Shown: one piece after another, positions 1-12,200 of the stretch | How positions within the stretch are numbered: position 1 is the stretch's first letter | Layout: every line of letters begins with the position of its first letter | Source of the DNA: Amoebophrya sp. A120 | Lineage: Eukaryota; Protista; Dinoflagellata | DNA: 64,000 nucleotides | NCBI GenBank assembly: GCA_905178155.1 | Contig: CAJINV010000002.1 | Coordinates: 9,001,412-9,065,411 of the forward strand | Direction: 5' to 3' | Notes under the pieces: model-generated | Told to the model about the DNA's origin: nothing | Seen by the model: the letters and a program-made list of their open reading frames with translations, nothing else | Database searches by the model: none | Program-made: the position numbers and the translations under genes

Positions 1-27
1 AAGATTATTTGAGAAACTATGCGATAC

Positions 28-330
28 CGGACTGGGCCTGCCCGATGGTGTCACGTCCGATCAGGAGCGGTTTGATACCGCGCTGCTGAATGGCGGAAGG
101 CTTCTCGAAACCGTAAGAGTAGATACCTGTAATTGAAGTTTTGCATTGCAATCGAACATAGTCATCAAATTCAATAATAATCTGGGTCTGCGTACCATTT
201 CTCACTATGGAAGCACTTCTGTTGAAAAAATTTATATACCGCGCAACAAGTTTTCGTGCAAGGGCAGGTCGTCGAAGGATTCAATGACTTCGTCGACATG
301 CTCAGCGTCATCCTGTTTGTGCTCTCCCAT
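28..330 (-). CDS. eIF4A: Eukaryotic initiation factor 4A (DEAD-box helicase), 5' part; exons 330-240 and 126-28, gene continues beyond the window start
   Basis: Spliced translation [31 protein letters not shown]|[33 protein letters not shown] contains the eIF4A Q-motif region and the start of motif I. GT-AG intron 239-127; next GT donor at 27. Confidence 0.95.
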
Positions 331-1331
331 CTTGTTCTAAATGAGAAAGAATGCAATGCAAAGGTAGCTTTAAAGAGTCAGTCTCCGTTGATTTAGAGAC
401 TAGCTGAAACTGAGTGTTAGGAAAAATTTGGTTCAAATGGTAGAAATGAATCAGAGAGGTACTTGGAATTATTCCCTCCTTAGTTCGGGTTTAGTCCGCA
501 ATTCCGAAGTTAGAGAGCTTCAGTTTGCAAGGTCGCAGATCTTCAGAATGTAGAGAAATTTCGAAAGAGTTGAGGCCCTTTTCTAGAGCGCCTATACTAT
601 CTTTTAAAGAACTTGTGGATCGTCACCCTTGCAGAAATTCTAAAGATTTCGGGCACAGGCTAGAAACAGCTTTGTAGTGTAATGGTATTCGCTTCGCGAA
701 TTGAGCTCAAGTTTTCTTTAACTGGGTGGAATGATTGACGCTTTTCTTTTCATGGCAAGGTCTCAAACAGATTTCGGATCAATTTTCGAAAATTTAGATT
801 CCAAAGTGCGGATCGCTCTTTCCTGAGTGTGGATCTTTAAATCCGAAGGGACGTAGCGATTTTGGATCCTGCGATTTCAGATTTCCACAACAACACTGGA
901 AAGTCACTTTCTTCAGTACAGATTTGAGTTCGTTTCTCTGCTCCCTGGGCGTTGCTCATGTGATAAGTAGAGTTCCTCTGTTCATTCTATGTTTTTCTCT
1001 GTGGCTCAAAACGCCAAAATATGAAACCTTGCTAGCCCTGTACACGGACTTGCACTCGAAACTGAAAGATGACGCGGCGGTTTGTCGAATCTAAATCTAA
1101 ATCCTATCTTGATCAGCTTACACGAGTCTAAATCGCCAACGGCGAAAATCTCCCGCGGCGATCCGAAACGGGCGCAAATTTGTAATTTTGGTAGCGCAGG
1201 AGGGGTAGAAGGCCGTCCTTTGCTGCGTTTGCCATCCTTGATTCACTCGACCGCCCGGCGATAGTCGTACCCGCAAAATCTAAATTCTCAAAAGGCACTA
1301 GACTTCCTGACGCTACGTGCTTCGAAAAACC

Positions 1332-2786
1332 TTACTGCCAGACGAGATCTTCTGCCTCTTCCACTACTCTGCCGGAGCTACCACGTTCGCCCCAATCAAT
1401 CCTAGATCCCAGCAGCGTCGCGGAAGGCTTTCCCTTCGCTTTGCTCGAAGAGCTTTTGCTTTGCTCGGTTTTGCCTGTGCTTTGCCTGCCACTGTCCTCA
1501 ACATGATCATCTTCCGACAAAACTACTGCAGCGTCAGAAGAAAACACGCGCAACGCCTCACCTTCCATTTTGTTCACGATGGCAACAATGTTCGTTCCAT
1601 TCGTTCCGAAGTAGTACGACTCCATGATTCCGTGGCTGGGCGTGTTGACGGGCACCGGCGTCCCCGGAAAGCGAAAGAAGCCCAGCTCGTCGTTAAACAC
1701 CTTCGCCGGCATCTTCACCGTACCCCTCCCGCCGTTTGTCTTGCTGTTTTCAATCAAGATTTTCTGCACAAAGTAGTCGCCGAGCTCGCGCATGGCCTTC
1801 AAGGCCGGGAACGAGTGGATGGGCTTCTGCAACGGGAAGTCGCTATCGTCAAAATCTTCGCGGTATTCGAAGGTGTTTTTCTCCGGGTGGAACTGGGCCG
1901 CAATCATGGGGTACTGCCGCGCTTCTGCCAACGCGATGAACCCTATATTCTTGCGGTCGTGCCCGAGGGCGATCACCTTCCAGAAGTTGTTTACCCGGGT
2001 TTCATTCGCCGCAACGCCGAAGTGGTGCATGTTGATGGTCACGTTGAGCGTGGAATTGGTGAGGGTTTGCCGCGTTTCGTTCGATAGAAAATTCCAGATG
2101 CCACTGCCGTCCCCGGCTTGAATCTGGTCTTGCTGTTCAGCCAAAGTGCTGCGTACCTTCGCGGCTAATGTGGATTTTATCTGTCGATCCCTCGCTAGTC
2201 GTCCCACCAGCTCCAACGGCAAATAAAGCCGCTCGGCGTCCACGGTGATGAGGGGCAGCTTCGCTGCATACCCGCTATTTATGCTCCCGGTCCCGACCAG
2301 GCTGCTGTACGTGAGTAGCTGTTCGAAGCCCAAGCAAGTGCCCCAAATCGGAAGCCGCATTTGGATCGCGAACTGGAAGATTTTAAAGGAGACTTTCCCG
2401 AACTCGTCTTTGCTGGGATCGATGCCCGCACCGCCGCCCGCAAACACCAGACCGTTGAGCTGCTCCAAGGTCGGTTTTAGCTTCACATCCCAGTTCCAGT
2501 TGAACAGGATCGGCACCGTCCGCGCCCCGCTGGCCTCGATCCACTTGACGTAACTCGCAGCAATGTACGAATTTTGCAACGTCGCATTGTGTTTGGGGTT
2601 CGGCTGGAAAGCGCTCGGCTGGGACAAGATGCCTACGATGGGGACGAAGCTAGCTCCGGCTTCGACGAGCTTATGGCGCAGAAAAAAAGGTGTTTCAACC
2701 CGCACAGAAAACATCTGCATCATCGTGCGCGCGCTGCCACTTGATAACAGAGAAAAGCGAGCTTGGATGCAAAGACTACGCTGCAT
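1332..2786 (-). CDS. GGH: Gamma-glutamyl hydrolase (peptidase C26, class I glutamine amidotransferase fold); start uncertain
   Basis: Motifs PIVGILSQP, YIAASYVKWIEASGARTVP, LNGLVFAGGG, catalytic PIWGTCLGFEQL, HHFGV and AQFHPEKNTFE. Confidence 0.93.
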   Translation of the reverse strand: MQRSLCIQARFSLLSSGSARTMMQMFSVRVETPFFLRHKLVEAGASFVPIVGILSQPSAFQPNPKHNATLQNSYIAASYVKWIEASGARTVPILFNWNWDVKLKPTLEQLNGLVFAGGGAGIDPSKDEFGKVSFKIFQFAIQMRLPIWGTCLGFEQLLTYSSLVGTGSINSGYAAKLPLITVDAERLYLPLELVGRLARDRQIKSTLAAKVRSTLAEQQDQIQAGDGSGIWNFLSNETRQTLTNSTLNVTINMHHFGVAANETRVNNFWKVIALGHDRKNIGFIALAEARQYPMIAAQFHPEKNTFEYREDFDDSDFPLQKPIHSFPALKAMRELGDYFVQKILIENSKTNGGRGTVKMPAKVFNDELGFFRFPGTPVPVNTPSHGIMESYYFGTNGTNIVAIVNKMEGEALRVFSSDAAVVLSEDDHVEDSGRQSTGKTEQSKSSSSKAKGKPSATLLGSRIDWGERGSSGRVVEEAEDLVWQ

Positions 2787-3573
2787 ACAATGCTTTTGTG
2801 AGCTTCCATCGGTAGCTCAGACGCGTGGCTAGAGATGCATCTGCGCTGGTACACTTTTCTGCAGGATAGACGAGGAGGAAAACGTACACCACCCGCCGCA
2901 TCAGACAAGGCCACGACGACATTTTTCGTTTTGAAAGCTACGAAGTGGGAAGCTATGCTGAAATGCTTTTGGTCAATCAAATCGGAAAGTGGTATAGTAG
3001 AAAAAGAGGAATAAGTTCCGCTTTTTATTTGGGAAGCTGCAAAGGGAAATCCAGTGCAAGTCATCTCGCCAATCTGTGGAAACTCAATCTTGCAGAGGAG
3101 AATGCAGGCTTTACTTTGGTGCACGATTGTGAAACTTTTTCTCAAAACAACATTTGGATTTCATGACAGTGACGGCATGTTTACCTGAAAAAAAATCGTG
3201 GGCACACACGCACTTATCGCTCCTCAGCTCAGTGCGTTGCAATCGCATCTGCATCTTCAGAATGATGAGCAAAAACATCACGTCGATGATGAGCAAAAAC
3301 CGATCCCGCTCACGTCGATGAAAATGCTGCAGCTGCAAGACAACCATACTCTCATACACGGGGAGGGACTTTCTCTGGTGTCAGCGAACAGCAAATCAAT
3401 GTACTAAAAAAGCCTCGAGGTACCAGTTTCGTAGGCTCGGCCTGCAGTGCGGAAAGTGATCGAGAGCAAACACGGAATGCGTGTGGTACTAGAGCCACTA
3501 TGTTACAAAATACGTCCGAAATAATTCCTGTCTAATTATGGTACTAAATCGATATGATACTTGTATTGAGACG

Positions 3574-6500
3574 TCATGTGTAGATGTTTGGTTCGAGTTC
3601 TTGTCTCAGTTGTCTTACTAGTTCAGCAAGCGCTGCTAATTTCCTGTCCGCTTCACGGGGATTCCTATTCGCGTGATTCTCATCAGGCGGCTTGGCAAGA
3701 GCAGCGCGCTGCTCCGCTATCGCCTCCGAACTCTTACTTCTACCCTTATCTTTCTCCACCTTGAGATCCTGATGATGCAACAAATGCTCACGCACTTGTC
3801 TTCGTAACTCCGAAATCTCGGCTTCTATTGCAGTCAGCGCCGGCGACGAAAAGTTTTCTTCGGCGGAGTTCGTATCGCCATGCTTCGCTATTCGTTCCAA
3901 CGCCTGAAGTCTCCTCTCGACGTCGTTTATACTCGCGACCAGAGCTGGTGGGACGACCGGCAAAGTATTACCTAATGGCTGCTGATCAGCCGTCGAAAGA
4001 GGCCTCACGACTGGCGGATCGGCGGCAGCAGTAGCAGCAGTTTTCGTGTCTACTGCGTCGGACTCGCGATTTGATGTCGCTTCTTTGACCACTTCCGGTC
4101 CAGGATCACGCTTTATTTCGACTGGTGGTCGAGCTGGCAAATTGGCAGGCGCCACTTGCGTATTCCGGTCGTGGGGAAGTTTATTATCCTCGGGCCGATG
4201 CACCATTTGTGCTGGAAGCGGACCTTCTTCCGGTCTAGGGGACTGCAGATTGGATCTCTGCTGTTCCTGTGCGGCATGGGCTGCAAGCGGCGGGCTGGAG
4301 TGCTGCTCGGCAGTGCGGTTCACGACCTCCAGAAAGCTCGTTGATTCTTCCTCTGCACTGGTCGATTTTGCGCCCTTTGGTTCTGCGTTTTTCTTGTTCT
4401 GCTGCGGCTTTAACTTCGTCTTCACCACTTCGAGCTTTTTGAGGCTACAACCCTCACACGAGGCTTCCTCTTCGTCATCGTTTTCCGTCTCTCCGCCTTT
4501 CGTTTTTTTCTTCTTGCTGCAATTCTTACAGCCGCCGCCCTCGTCGTCGTCCGCATCGTCATCGGCGTCTTGCTTTCTCTTGCCTGCGTTTGCGTTGCCA
4601 TCAGTCTTCACCGCCGGCTGTTCTTCGAGTTGCTATCACCACCAAAAAACGCACTCCCCCATGATAACCCAGACCAAGTTGCATTTTCCTTTTTCAGTGC
4701 ATGCAAAAATTTCCCGGGAGTCACCATCATTTTCATATTTGGTTTGAAATAGCCCAATATACGGCGCATGATGAAACCACCTGAGCAAGGCACTTATCGC
4801 ACGATCCTACTAGCGCATGCATACGCGGCGGGCCTCGCGCTGGAAGTGCAGCAAAAGGAAAGCTACTCTCCGAGCAATAATTCGCCCTGCCTGTCATCTG
4901 TTCCTCCAAAAGTTCCTGCGGAAAGAAACCGAAACTAACTAATGAGCACTGAGAAGAATAAAGAAACTACTTGCTCGCAGTCGCAGGTCTTTCTGACGGG
5001 TTGCGCATTTTTAAATTGGATATCCTCACCTGCTGCTCGTGCTTCGCGGTTTCGTTCTCGACGAAGGAAGAGGAAGAGCGTCGTGTTGCAGGTTCTTCTT
5101 CCTTCTTCTCCGAGGAATTGCAAGCACAGTCACAGTTTTGTTTATCGCCTTCCGTTTTTTTCTTTTTGTCGTCCTCCCCCTGTTTCTTTTTCGTTGTCCC
5201 ACTGTCTCTGTCATCCGGCTCTGCACAATTCTCGCAGCCCTTGTTGTCCTCTTTTGGGTCTCCTGTTTCGTCATCGTCATCCTGCTTCGGCGTCTACTAT
5301 CAGAACCAAAAACGACCCGCCGCGCAGGTGACCTCAAAGCAACTTTCAAAATTTGACGAATGTTGAAAAATTTATCTACCAGGAGTCAGAACAAGTTCGG
5401 TTGTCGATTTCAATTATTGCATCAGAATTAACTCCTGCATCAGGTAGAGACAGGACGCCCACCTGAAGGCGGCGAATAAATATGACCCGCCCGCATATCC
5501 TCATAGAGGCGCAGCACGTTCCAGTTCCTCATATGCCCAATATCCGAAAGTGTTACATGAAAAAACGCAACAGTAGACTTTAGGGGAAAGGTGCTATGGG
5601 TCTCTGTGGTGGATTGAGCATTTTAGATTTTCATATCTTCGGCTTCGGCTGCTGCTCGTGCTTCGCCTTTTCGTTTTCTACAAAGGATGAAGAGCGTCTG
5701 CTTTCAGATTCTTCTTCCGCCTCGGAATTGCAAGGGCAGTCACAGTTTTTCTTTTCGTCTTTCGTTTTTTTCTTTTTGTCGTCCTCGACTATTTTTTTCT
5801 TCGTCCCGCTGTCCCTGTCGTCCGGCTCAGCGCAAGTCTTGCAACCGGCCTTCTCGTTCTCGCTCGACTCTGTTTTGTCGTCGTCCTGCGCGGGTTTCTG
5901 CTATCACAAAAAAAAGGCCCATCGCTCACACCACATAACAGTTAGATCAAGCGCATGCCATAATCTTCAAACCTAAAAAATTCGCCGTTCTCGTTTCCGC
6001 AGTTGCTCAGCAACGAGACGATCACGACATTGCCATCAAAAAATGCAACCTTGTCGTAGTACTATCTTCCAACGCAACAACAAGTGACGCTTTTACAAAA
6101 AAGGCGAATTAGCACGGCCTTGAATCACTTCTGTTTGCGGGAGCACTTCTTCGTTTTCTTTGTGATAGCTGGTTCGGCGCGCCGCTTTGGTTTGGTTTAT
6201 TGTTATTCTCCGCGCCCAGAAAAGAACTTGTGCTTTCCTCGCTCGTCTCCTGCTTACGCTTTTTCTTGGGCTGCCCCGCTGCCTGGCTTTTGGCGCCCTT
6301 TTTCTTGGGTTCGTTCTCGTCGTCCTTCTCTTCTTCAGTGCAGCTACAAGACCGCTTTTCACCGAGCGGCTTCCCCTTGTCATCCCAGTCGTCCTCGTCG
6401 TTGCAAGGACAAGCTTCTTTCTTTTTCTTTCCCTTGTTTTCTTCCTCATCCTCCTTCGCGGGTTTCATGCGACGATCCTTTTCGCCTGCGTATGGCACGG

Positions 6501-9209
6501 AAAAACTACACCAAACCCTGTTTCGTCTAAAACAATCTCTGAGCGTATTGCGCAAGCGCGCACGGCGCTAGAGAGAGGCACTCATTTCGGATTGGAGTGT
6601 ATGTGTATGTAGTACCAGATAGATGCCAATATACTTATTTCCTCGTTGATACATAATGAGCCCGTTGTCAGTTCTACCTTTTGGCTCAAGCATCATCATT
6701 TTCTCTTCGCCTGCGAATGCCGTCGCAGATCACGAAAACATACATACTGCAGTAGTGCCGGCATGCGGCAAAACAATTCGAGGTACTATGTTCGTAAAAA
6801 CCTCAAGAGACGCTACGAAAACGAAAAACGGCATGCTGAAAGTTTTCCTTCCCTAGGACTTTCTTTTTCCTCCCCACGTCGAGCTTTTTCCGCTGCCGGT
6901 CGCGCGCCACTCCCTCGTCCACAAATGAGTAGGGATTGTCTTCGTCGACTCGCGCATCCTGTTCCGGCGATGGTGTTGAAGCAGGACCACGACCCGCAGT
7001 AGCTACAATGCTATTTCCGACGGGTATGCGTATTCTATTCATCAGATGCCGCACTTTCTCAATGCTGACTACCGGTACCGCCGGCGAGGCGTCCGAAGGG
7101 CTCGGTTGAGTGGTGAGGCCGCCGCGCGTCTCCGTGGGTTCGGGTCGCATTCCGGCGGAGGCGCTGCTGGCATCCGCTGGTCGCGTGGCGGTCGGACTTG
7201 CAGTTGCTGCTGCAGGTTCGGTCTGGAGAAGGGACGCCTCCTTGGCTGGTGGGTGCGATACTGCGTTTCTCACCTCGGAGGTCGCTATCCTGGCATCGGC
7301 CGCGTCGTTTGCATGCGGTGGGACCGGTGACTCGGTTCGCGCCTCCGCTTCGCTCGCTTCCTTCTGTTCGCTTTGGCTAAGAACCTGCTCCTGCGAGGGC
7401 GACTGCTCCGAGACCGGCCGGGCAACTACCGGCTCGCCCCCTTCTAGCTTCCCAGCGTCGCTCCTAACTACCGGCGGGGGCTTTTCTGGAACCGGAGAAC
7501 CTACGGCATACGTGCCTTTGTTTTTCGCTGCCTGGCTTATATCGCTTACATCAGGTGATGGCTTTTCGTCTAAACCAGGTCGCGCGTCGGTGGCTTCGGT
7601 GCCTGCACTTCTAGCGGCGGTGGTCGTGCCTGCCGAAGCCGATGGAGGGGGTTTCTCTGGCGCAGGTGCCTCGACCGCGTTTTTCAAATCTTTGTCTTTC
7701 GCGACGGTGCTATCCGTTTGCAAATTCGGAGGACGCCCTCGGACAGATGCGTCTTCTGTCGCACCATCGTTGGCTTTATTATTTGCTCCACTAGAAGTAG
7801 CATCAGACAGTGGATCCGTCCGCTTATCAACATCTTCCGCCGCTTTATTATGTCCACCATTCGCCGCTGCCTCTGCCGCGTCTGACCCTCCTGAATCCTG
7901 CATATCGTCCGTTCGTCCGGACGCAGCTTCTTCTGCGCTCTCCGCGACGAGGGCGTTACTGTCAGGGTCGATCACTGGTGGCGGCTCGGGCTTTTTTAAG
8001 CCGTTGCCCACTAAGGTTGATTTCAATATTTTCTCGGTAGCCGGGTGCGAGGAACGGCTTTCTGGTGGCTGCTTGTCACCTCTGCTTTCGTAACCATCCG
8101 AAACACGACCAGGTTTCTTTATTCCGGCGTCTTGTTCGCTGGCAGCGGTTGGCGGCGGAACAGACGGGCGCTGCGTCTCCGACGTGCCCGTTTGTTCACT
8201 AGTTTGCTTTGCATTATCGTGTTCTGCAAGTAATCTATCCTCGCTTGGTAGCGTCCCAGCACGCTGCTTTACGGCATCGTCGGTCTTGTGCTCGTCTCGA
8301 CCAAGCGCCGTCTTTGCAGCCGCCTGGTCAACATCTCCCCGTGGTCCCGCGACTGGAATCTTACTGTCGCCCGCAACTGGTATTTTACTACCCCCAGCGA
8401 GTGGAAGTTTTTGTTGCTCCGGCGGATCTTCATGCAAAGTTGGCGACTCGTCCGCAGCCGCAGGTTGCGGCGCAGTTTCTGCCGGGTCGCCGTTCTTGTG
8501 CGTAGTCGCCACCGCAGAACCGGCGTCAGAAAGGGGCTTGTCTGTTGCGGCAGTACTAGTACCGCCACCAACTGCACTTGTGGTATCGGTTCCTGTTGTA
8601 GAGCCGCTAGTTTTTGTAGCAGACGCGGGTACGCTATCACCTGCGGTTGCAGAAGTACTATCCGGAGCCGGTTGTGTCTTATCCGAAAGAGCCGCGGTTG
8701 TCGGTGCAGTCTGTTCCGCGACCGTGCTAGCGTCCTTGTTGACCGCAACGGACGACACTCCTTCTGCGGGCGTCGCGTAGTCCGGCTTTTTGTTTGCATA
8801 CAGATGCAGCTCGTGCCTCTTGGCCATAAACTTGGTGTGGGAAGTGTCACGCTGAAAACGTTTCTCTTTGCGGAACCAAAAGCAGTGTGCTGGCAACAGT
8901 TGTTGTCGCTGCATACAAAACGGCTCATGCCAGTTCGCTACAAGTCACAAACTAAAAACAGCGCCCAGTTGAAAATACTTCTAGTCCGCCCACACCCGGC
9001 ACGACACCGCGACTAACTCTTGCGGCGCAAAGAGAAAACGTTTTCTTTTGTGGATACGAATTGAAAACCTTGGTGGTTTCGTATTTGAGTCCCATTCCGT
9101 ACACGAACGTGGCCGTCACCAGCGCAATGCCCACCAGGCCGAGAATGTGCACCCAGGAGGCGTTCTTCGGCACCGCCGGTTCCGGGTCCTCTTCGTCGGG
9201 CGTTGTCAT
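3574..9209 (-). CDS. Multi-exon, low-complexity hypothetical protein with an N-terminal TM/signal anchor and duplicated Cys/Lys/acid-rich exons
   Basis: Exon ~9209-9069 encodes MTTPDEED...WVHILGLVGIALVTATFVYGMGL and ends at AAG|GT. Long Ala/Pro/Ser/Thr-rich ORF ~8820-6860. Probable micro-exon 6710-6678. Further exons at ~6484-6120, ~5900-5640, ~5295-5030 and 4632-3574, each preceded by an AG acceptor. Several junctions unresolved. Confidence 0.6.
4330..6484 (-). repeat. Four tandemly duplicated exon units (CxxC/CxC, poly-K/E/D, SS-F-[LV]-E); the units at ~5030-5300 and ~5640-5905 are the closest pair
   Basis: GCENCAEPDDRDSGTTKKK...NCDCACNS...RRSSSSFVENETAKHEQQ versus GCKTCAEPDDRDSGTKKK...NCDCPCNS...RRSSSFVENEKAKHEQQ. 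Three of the units share the acceptor context tttt...tgatag. Confidence 0.8.
5330..5602. mobile_element. Degenerate MITE-like element inside an intron; related sequence at ~12995-13230
   Basis: Ends gacctcaaagcaactttc and (reverse complement) gacccatagcacctttc. Internal aactttcaaaatttgacgaa...ggagtc and ctcatatgcc recur at 13018-13066 and 13106-13115. Confidence 0.5.
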
Positions 9210-12200
9210 CCTGCTGTCGGACCGGGCGCCGCTGCTGCGGTTATTAGAAAGTACTAACTCAGAGTTTCTTTCAACTCTCCTTCGCTGCCACAAGTAGTTC
9301 AAATATTTCCACTGCGCAGACTTCACTGGACCGCAAGTTGCTCCCAAAAGAAAATTAAAACCCTCGGTGGCTTTCGCGCATGCAAAATCACGTTTGAGCA
9401 GGAAAGAAGGTCTGAAAAAGGCGCAGTCATGATCATTTTGGGGAGTGGGAGTGGTTAATTTGTTCGGAAGCATTATCTTATTGTACATAAAGGGGGCTTA
9501 GTTTTAATTTCGAAAAAATATTCTGAAACACACAGCCGGCGCAGGGATCCTGCGCACGCTGGTCGACGAGTCATGCTGAGAAGAAACGTATCAATCTCAA
9601 TGGGGAATTGCTACTTTCTTGGGGGAATTTCTGTGCGTGTCAAAATTGAAGAGAGGATTTGAAACGAACAACATCAGACGGAAGATTTACGCGCGACTAC
9701 AAACCGGAATACGATACCATCTACTTACGGAGCGCACGATAACCGAAACTAGGACGAAGCTACTGGCTGCCAAATCACGAAAGTGTAGAGCACTTTTGCA
9801 CGACAAAGAGTGACAGAACGGGCGATACAAAGTTGCACGCTTGCGAATGTTAACGTCATCGCATCAACCGAAACTCACGATGATAGATTATTGTACGAGA
9901 GGCACAACCGAAAGTGCTCAGAATATCTGTAGACAGCTTCGTCGTGGCGCCGCGAAGCAGGTACGACGACGCGCACCGACAGTTGCAACCAATTCTACAT
10001 TTAAAGAATGCCAGAAACAGGTGCCACACGAAGACACTAGTGCATAACAACCGACCTGGAGAAGATTCGCATTTCAAGAAACATAGCGAACGAACAACCG
10101 GAACTTTGACGGACGCCCGGACGATATTGGTACGCCGTGCAATCTCGTCTCACAAAGAAAAAGAATCGCAGCGCGCAGGACGGCCTTGCACGCGCCAGCA
10201 ATCAATACATGCTTTCACCTGGGCAATCGTCGAAAACTACCTTACTGGTAGTATGACAACCTAAAGAAAATTTCTTTTTACAGCATAGTGTACTTACTAC
10301 AAAGATCACAAGCTACAGAAAAGCTTACCCGTTCTTTTTTTCCGCGCGCCGAGGCGGGAATTTTGCGGGCGAGTTTGCCTCTATCCGGCCCGGGAAAAAG
10401 AGGCTCCCGGGTACCCAGAAGCATTATTGTACTTAAACCTGCGACGAATCCTCCGTGCCTTTTGTAAGTAGTAAACATACATACATACACGCTCCACGCG
10501 GCTCTGCGAGAGGTTTGTGGTGCTCTAAATTTGATCCTGTCTCCCGGAAAGTGATCCACCCAACGTAGTACGGGCGAGCAAGGGCGTGAAGGAACCCTCT
10601 GCGTTCGTGATGTGGACGAACGTCGCAAGAGGTGAACAAGGATCCTGGAGGGGCCTGGGCCGCCCTTTGCTGGGGGGGGCGACTTAGAGCGCACCGGCGA
10701 GCTCTATATCCATGCTCCTGATGGCCGCATCAATGCGTCTTCGCTACGAGCGTCGTGTTGATTGATTTTGCCACGATCTTTCAATGTCGGCGGCGGGCTA
10801 CGAGCCTTGTGCCGCGTTCATCGTGCATCCTGCATTCTAGCGGATGCTACTGCTCCATCTCTCCGCAGACAGAGAGAGGAGGGGGGGAATCTACTACGAG
10901 CAGGCCCCCCGATGCCAGGGCAGCCTCTACGGCAGCAACCCGGAGGGCAGACGCGGACGCACGGGAAAGGCGCAGGGCCCAGCCCTGCAAGGGCATTGCA
11001 TGCGTCCACGCGCGTAAGTAAGAGCAATGTGGGGCGCAGCCCAATCCTCCGGAAGCGGGCCCATGGCTTTCTGGTGCTTGCTAGGTGGCAGGGAGGCGCA
11101 TGGCAGTCGCGGGCCTTCGTGTCTTGCACATCTTTGCGCGCTCGCTGCGTGGCCCTGTATTGGCGTCTCGTTGTCGTATGCTCCGGGGCTGCACACGCAA
11201 CCGATCGGATGCGACGGGCATGCCACAGGGGAGGCTACAGGGGCGTGGGCAATGTTTTTAGACGCTGAAGGCGGCGCGCGATGGTCTAGCTGCGAGCTAG
11301 ACCTGCTGCGACGAGCGTTCCACGGACCGAACTAGGCGAGATGCTCCACAGGCCTCGCGTAGCTGAGGCGGATACATTGTCTCACTCTGAGCGCGTTGCC
11401 AGTCGGTCCTGGCATCTGCTGGGTCCTAAAGACAGACCAAGCACTTTTGTGCTCCGAGCACATGGGCTCCCTTCCCTACAAGGGCGGGATGTAAGTAGTA
11501 AACGAATAAGCGTGCGTGACTCCTACAAAGGTAAACGAAACCGAAGATCCAAGAAGCTATTCCCGAGTGAGAATCTACAAGCGTTTTCGGGGGTCTACAA
11601 ATCCGAAAAGCCCGAAGCACCAGCCCCGGCGATACCGCGGCAGCATCGCCGAAAATCGGCGACGCTCAGAGGTGCTCTGCATGTTCGGTCCGGCCCCGAC
11701 ATTGACAATCCGGGCTCCTTTTGTTATGCACTGCTGCGCCCCACTTCTGGAAACGCCACGGTAGCGCTGCGCCTTCCAGAATAGCGCTTCGTGTGAGAGC
11801 TTCGGCCGCGCCCAAACCCAGCGAACCGCCTCAGCAAGCCGGCCCTTCGGGAATTCTGTCGCGGGGCCAATCGTGTGCGAGCGGTGGACGAGTTCGGGGC
11901 GACCGGCGGGGAAGGGCACAGCTTTTCGCTAAGCAGTGCCCTCGCCCCGGAAGCTCAGGCCCGCCCGCGGCACTTTCGGAAGGTATGCACCAGGCAGTCG
12001 AGGCGGATTCGACGGGCATCCGCCGGCGGAAGCCATAAACTCCAAGCACTGCCCCACACGCAGCGCCGCAAGAGACGCTCCCCGGCCTCCTCGCCCGACG
12101 GGAAGAGGGTCCGAAGCCCCACCAAGGCGGCGCCTCCACCCCCCCTCCTCTTGGAGGGCGGTCGACCCACGCTGCTTCGGAATCCAGTGCCTATAGGGCG

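Noticed and set aside
1317-2087. 256-aa plus-strand ORF
   Set aside because: Antisense shadow of the gamma-glutamyl hydrolase.
7110-8780. Plus-strand ORFs of 327 and 198 aa
   Set aside because: Antisense to the low-complexity minus-strand exon; explained by composition.
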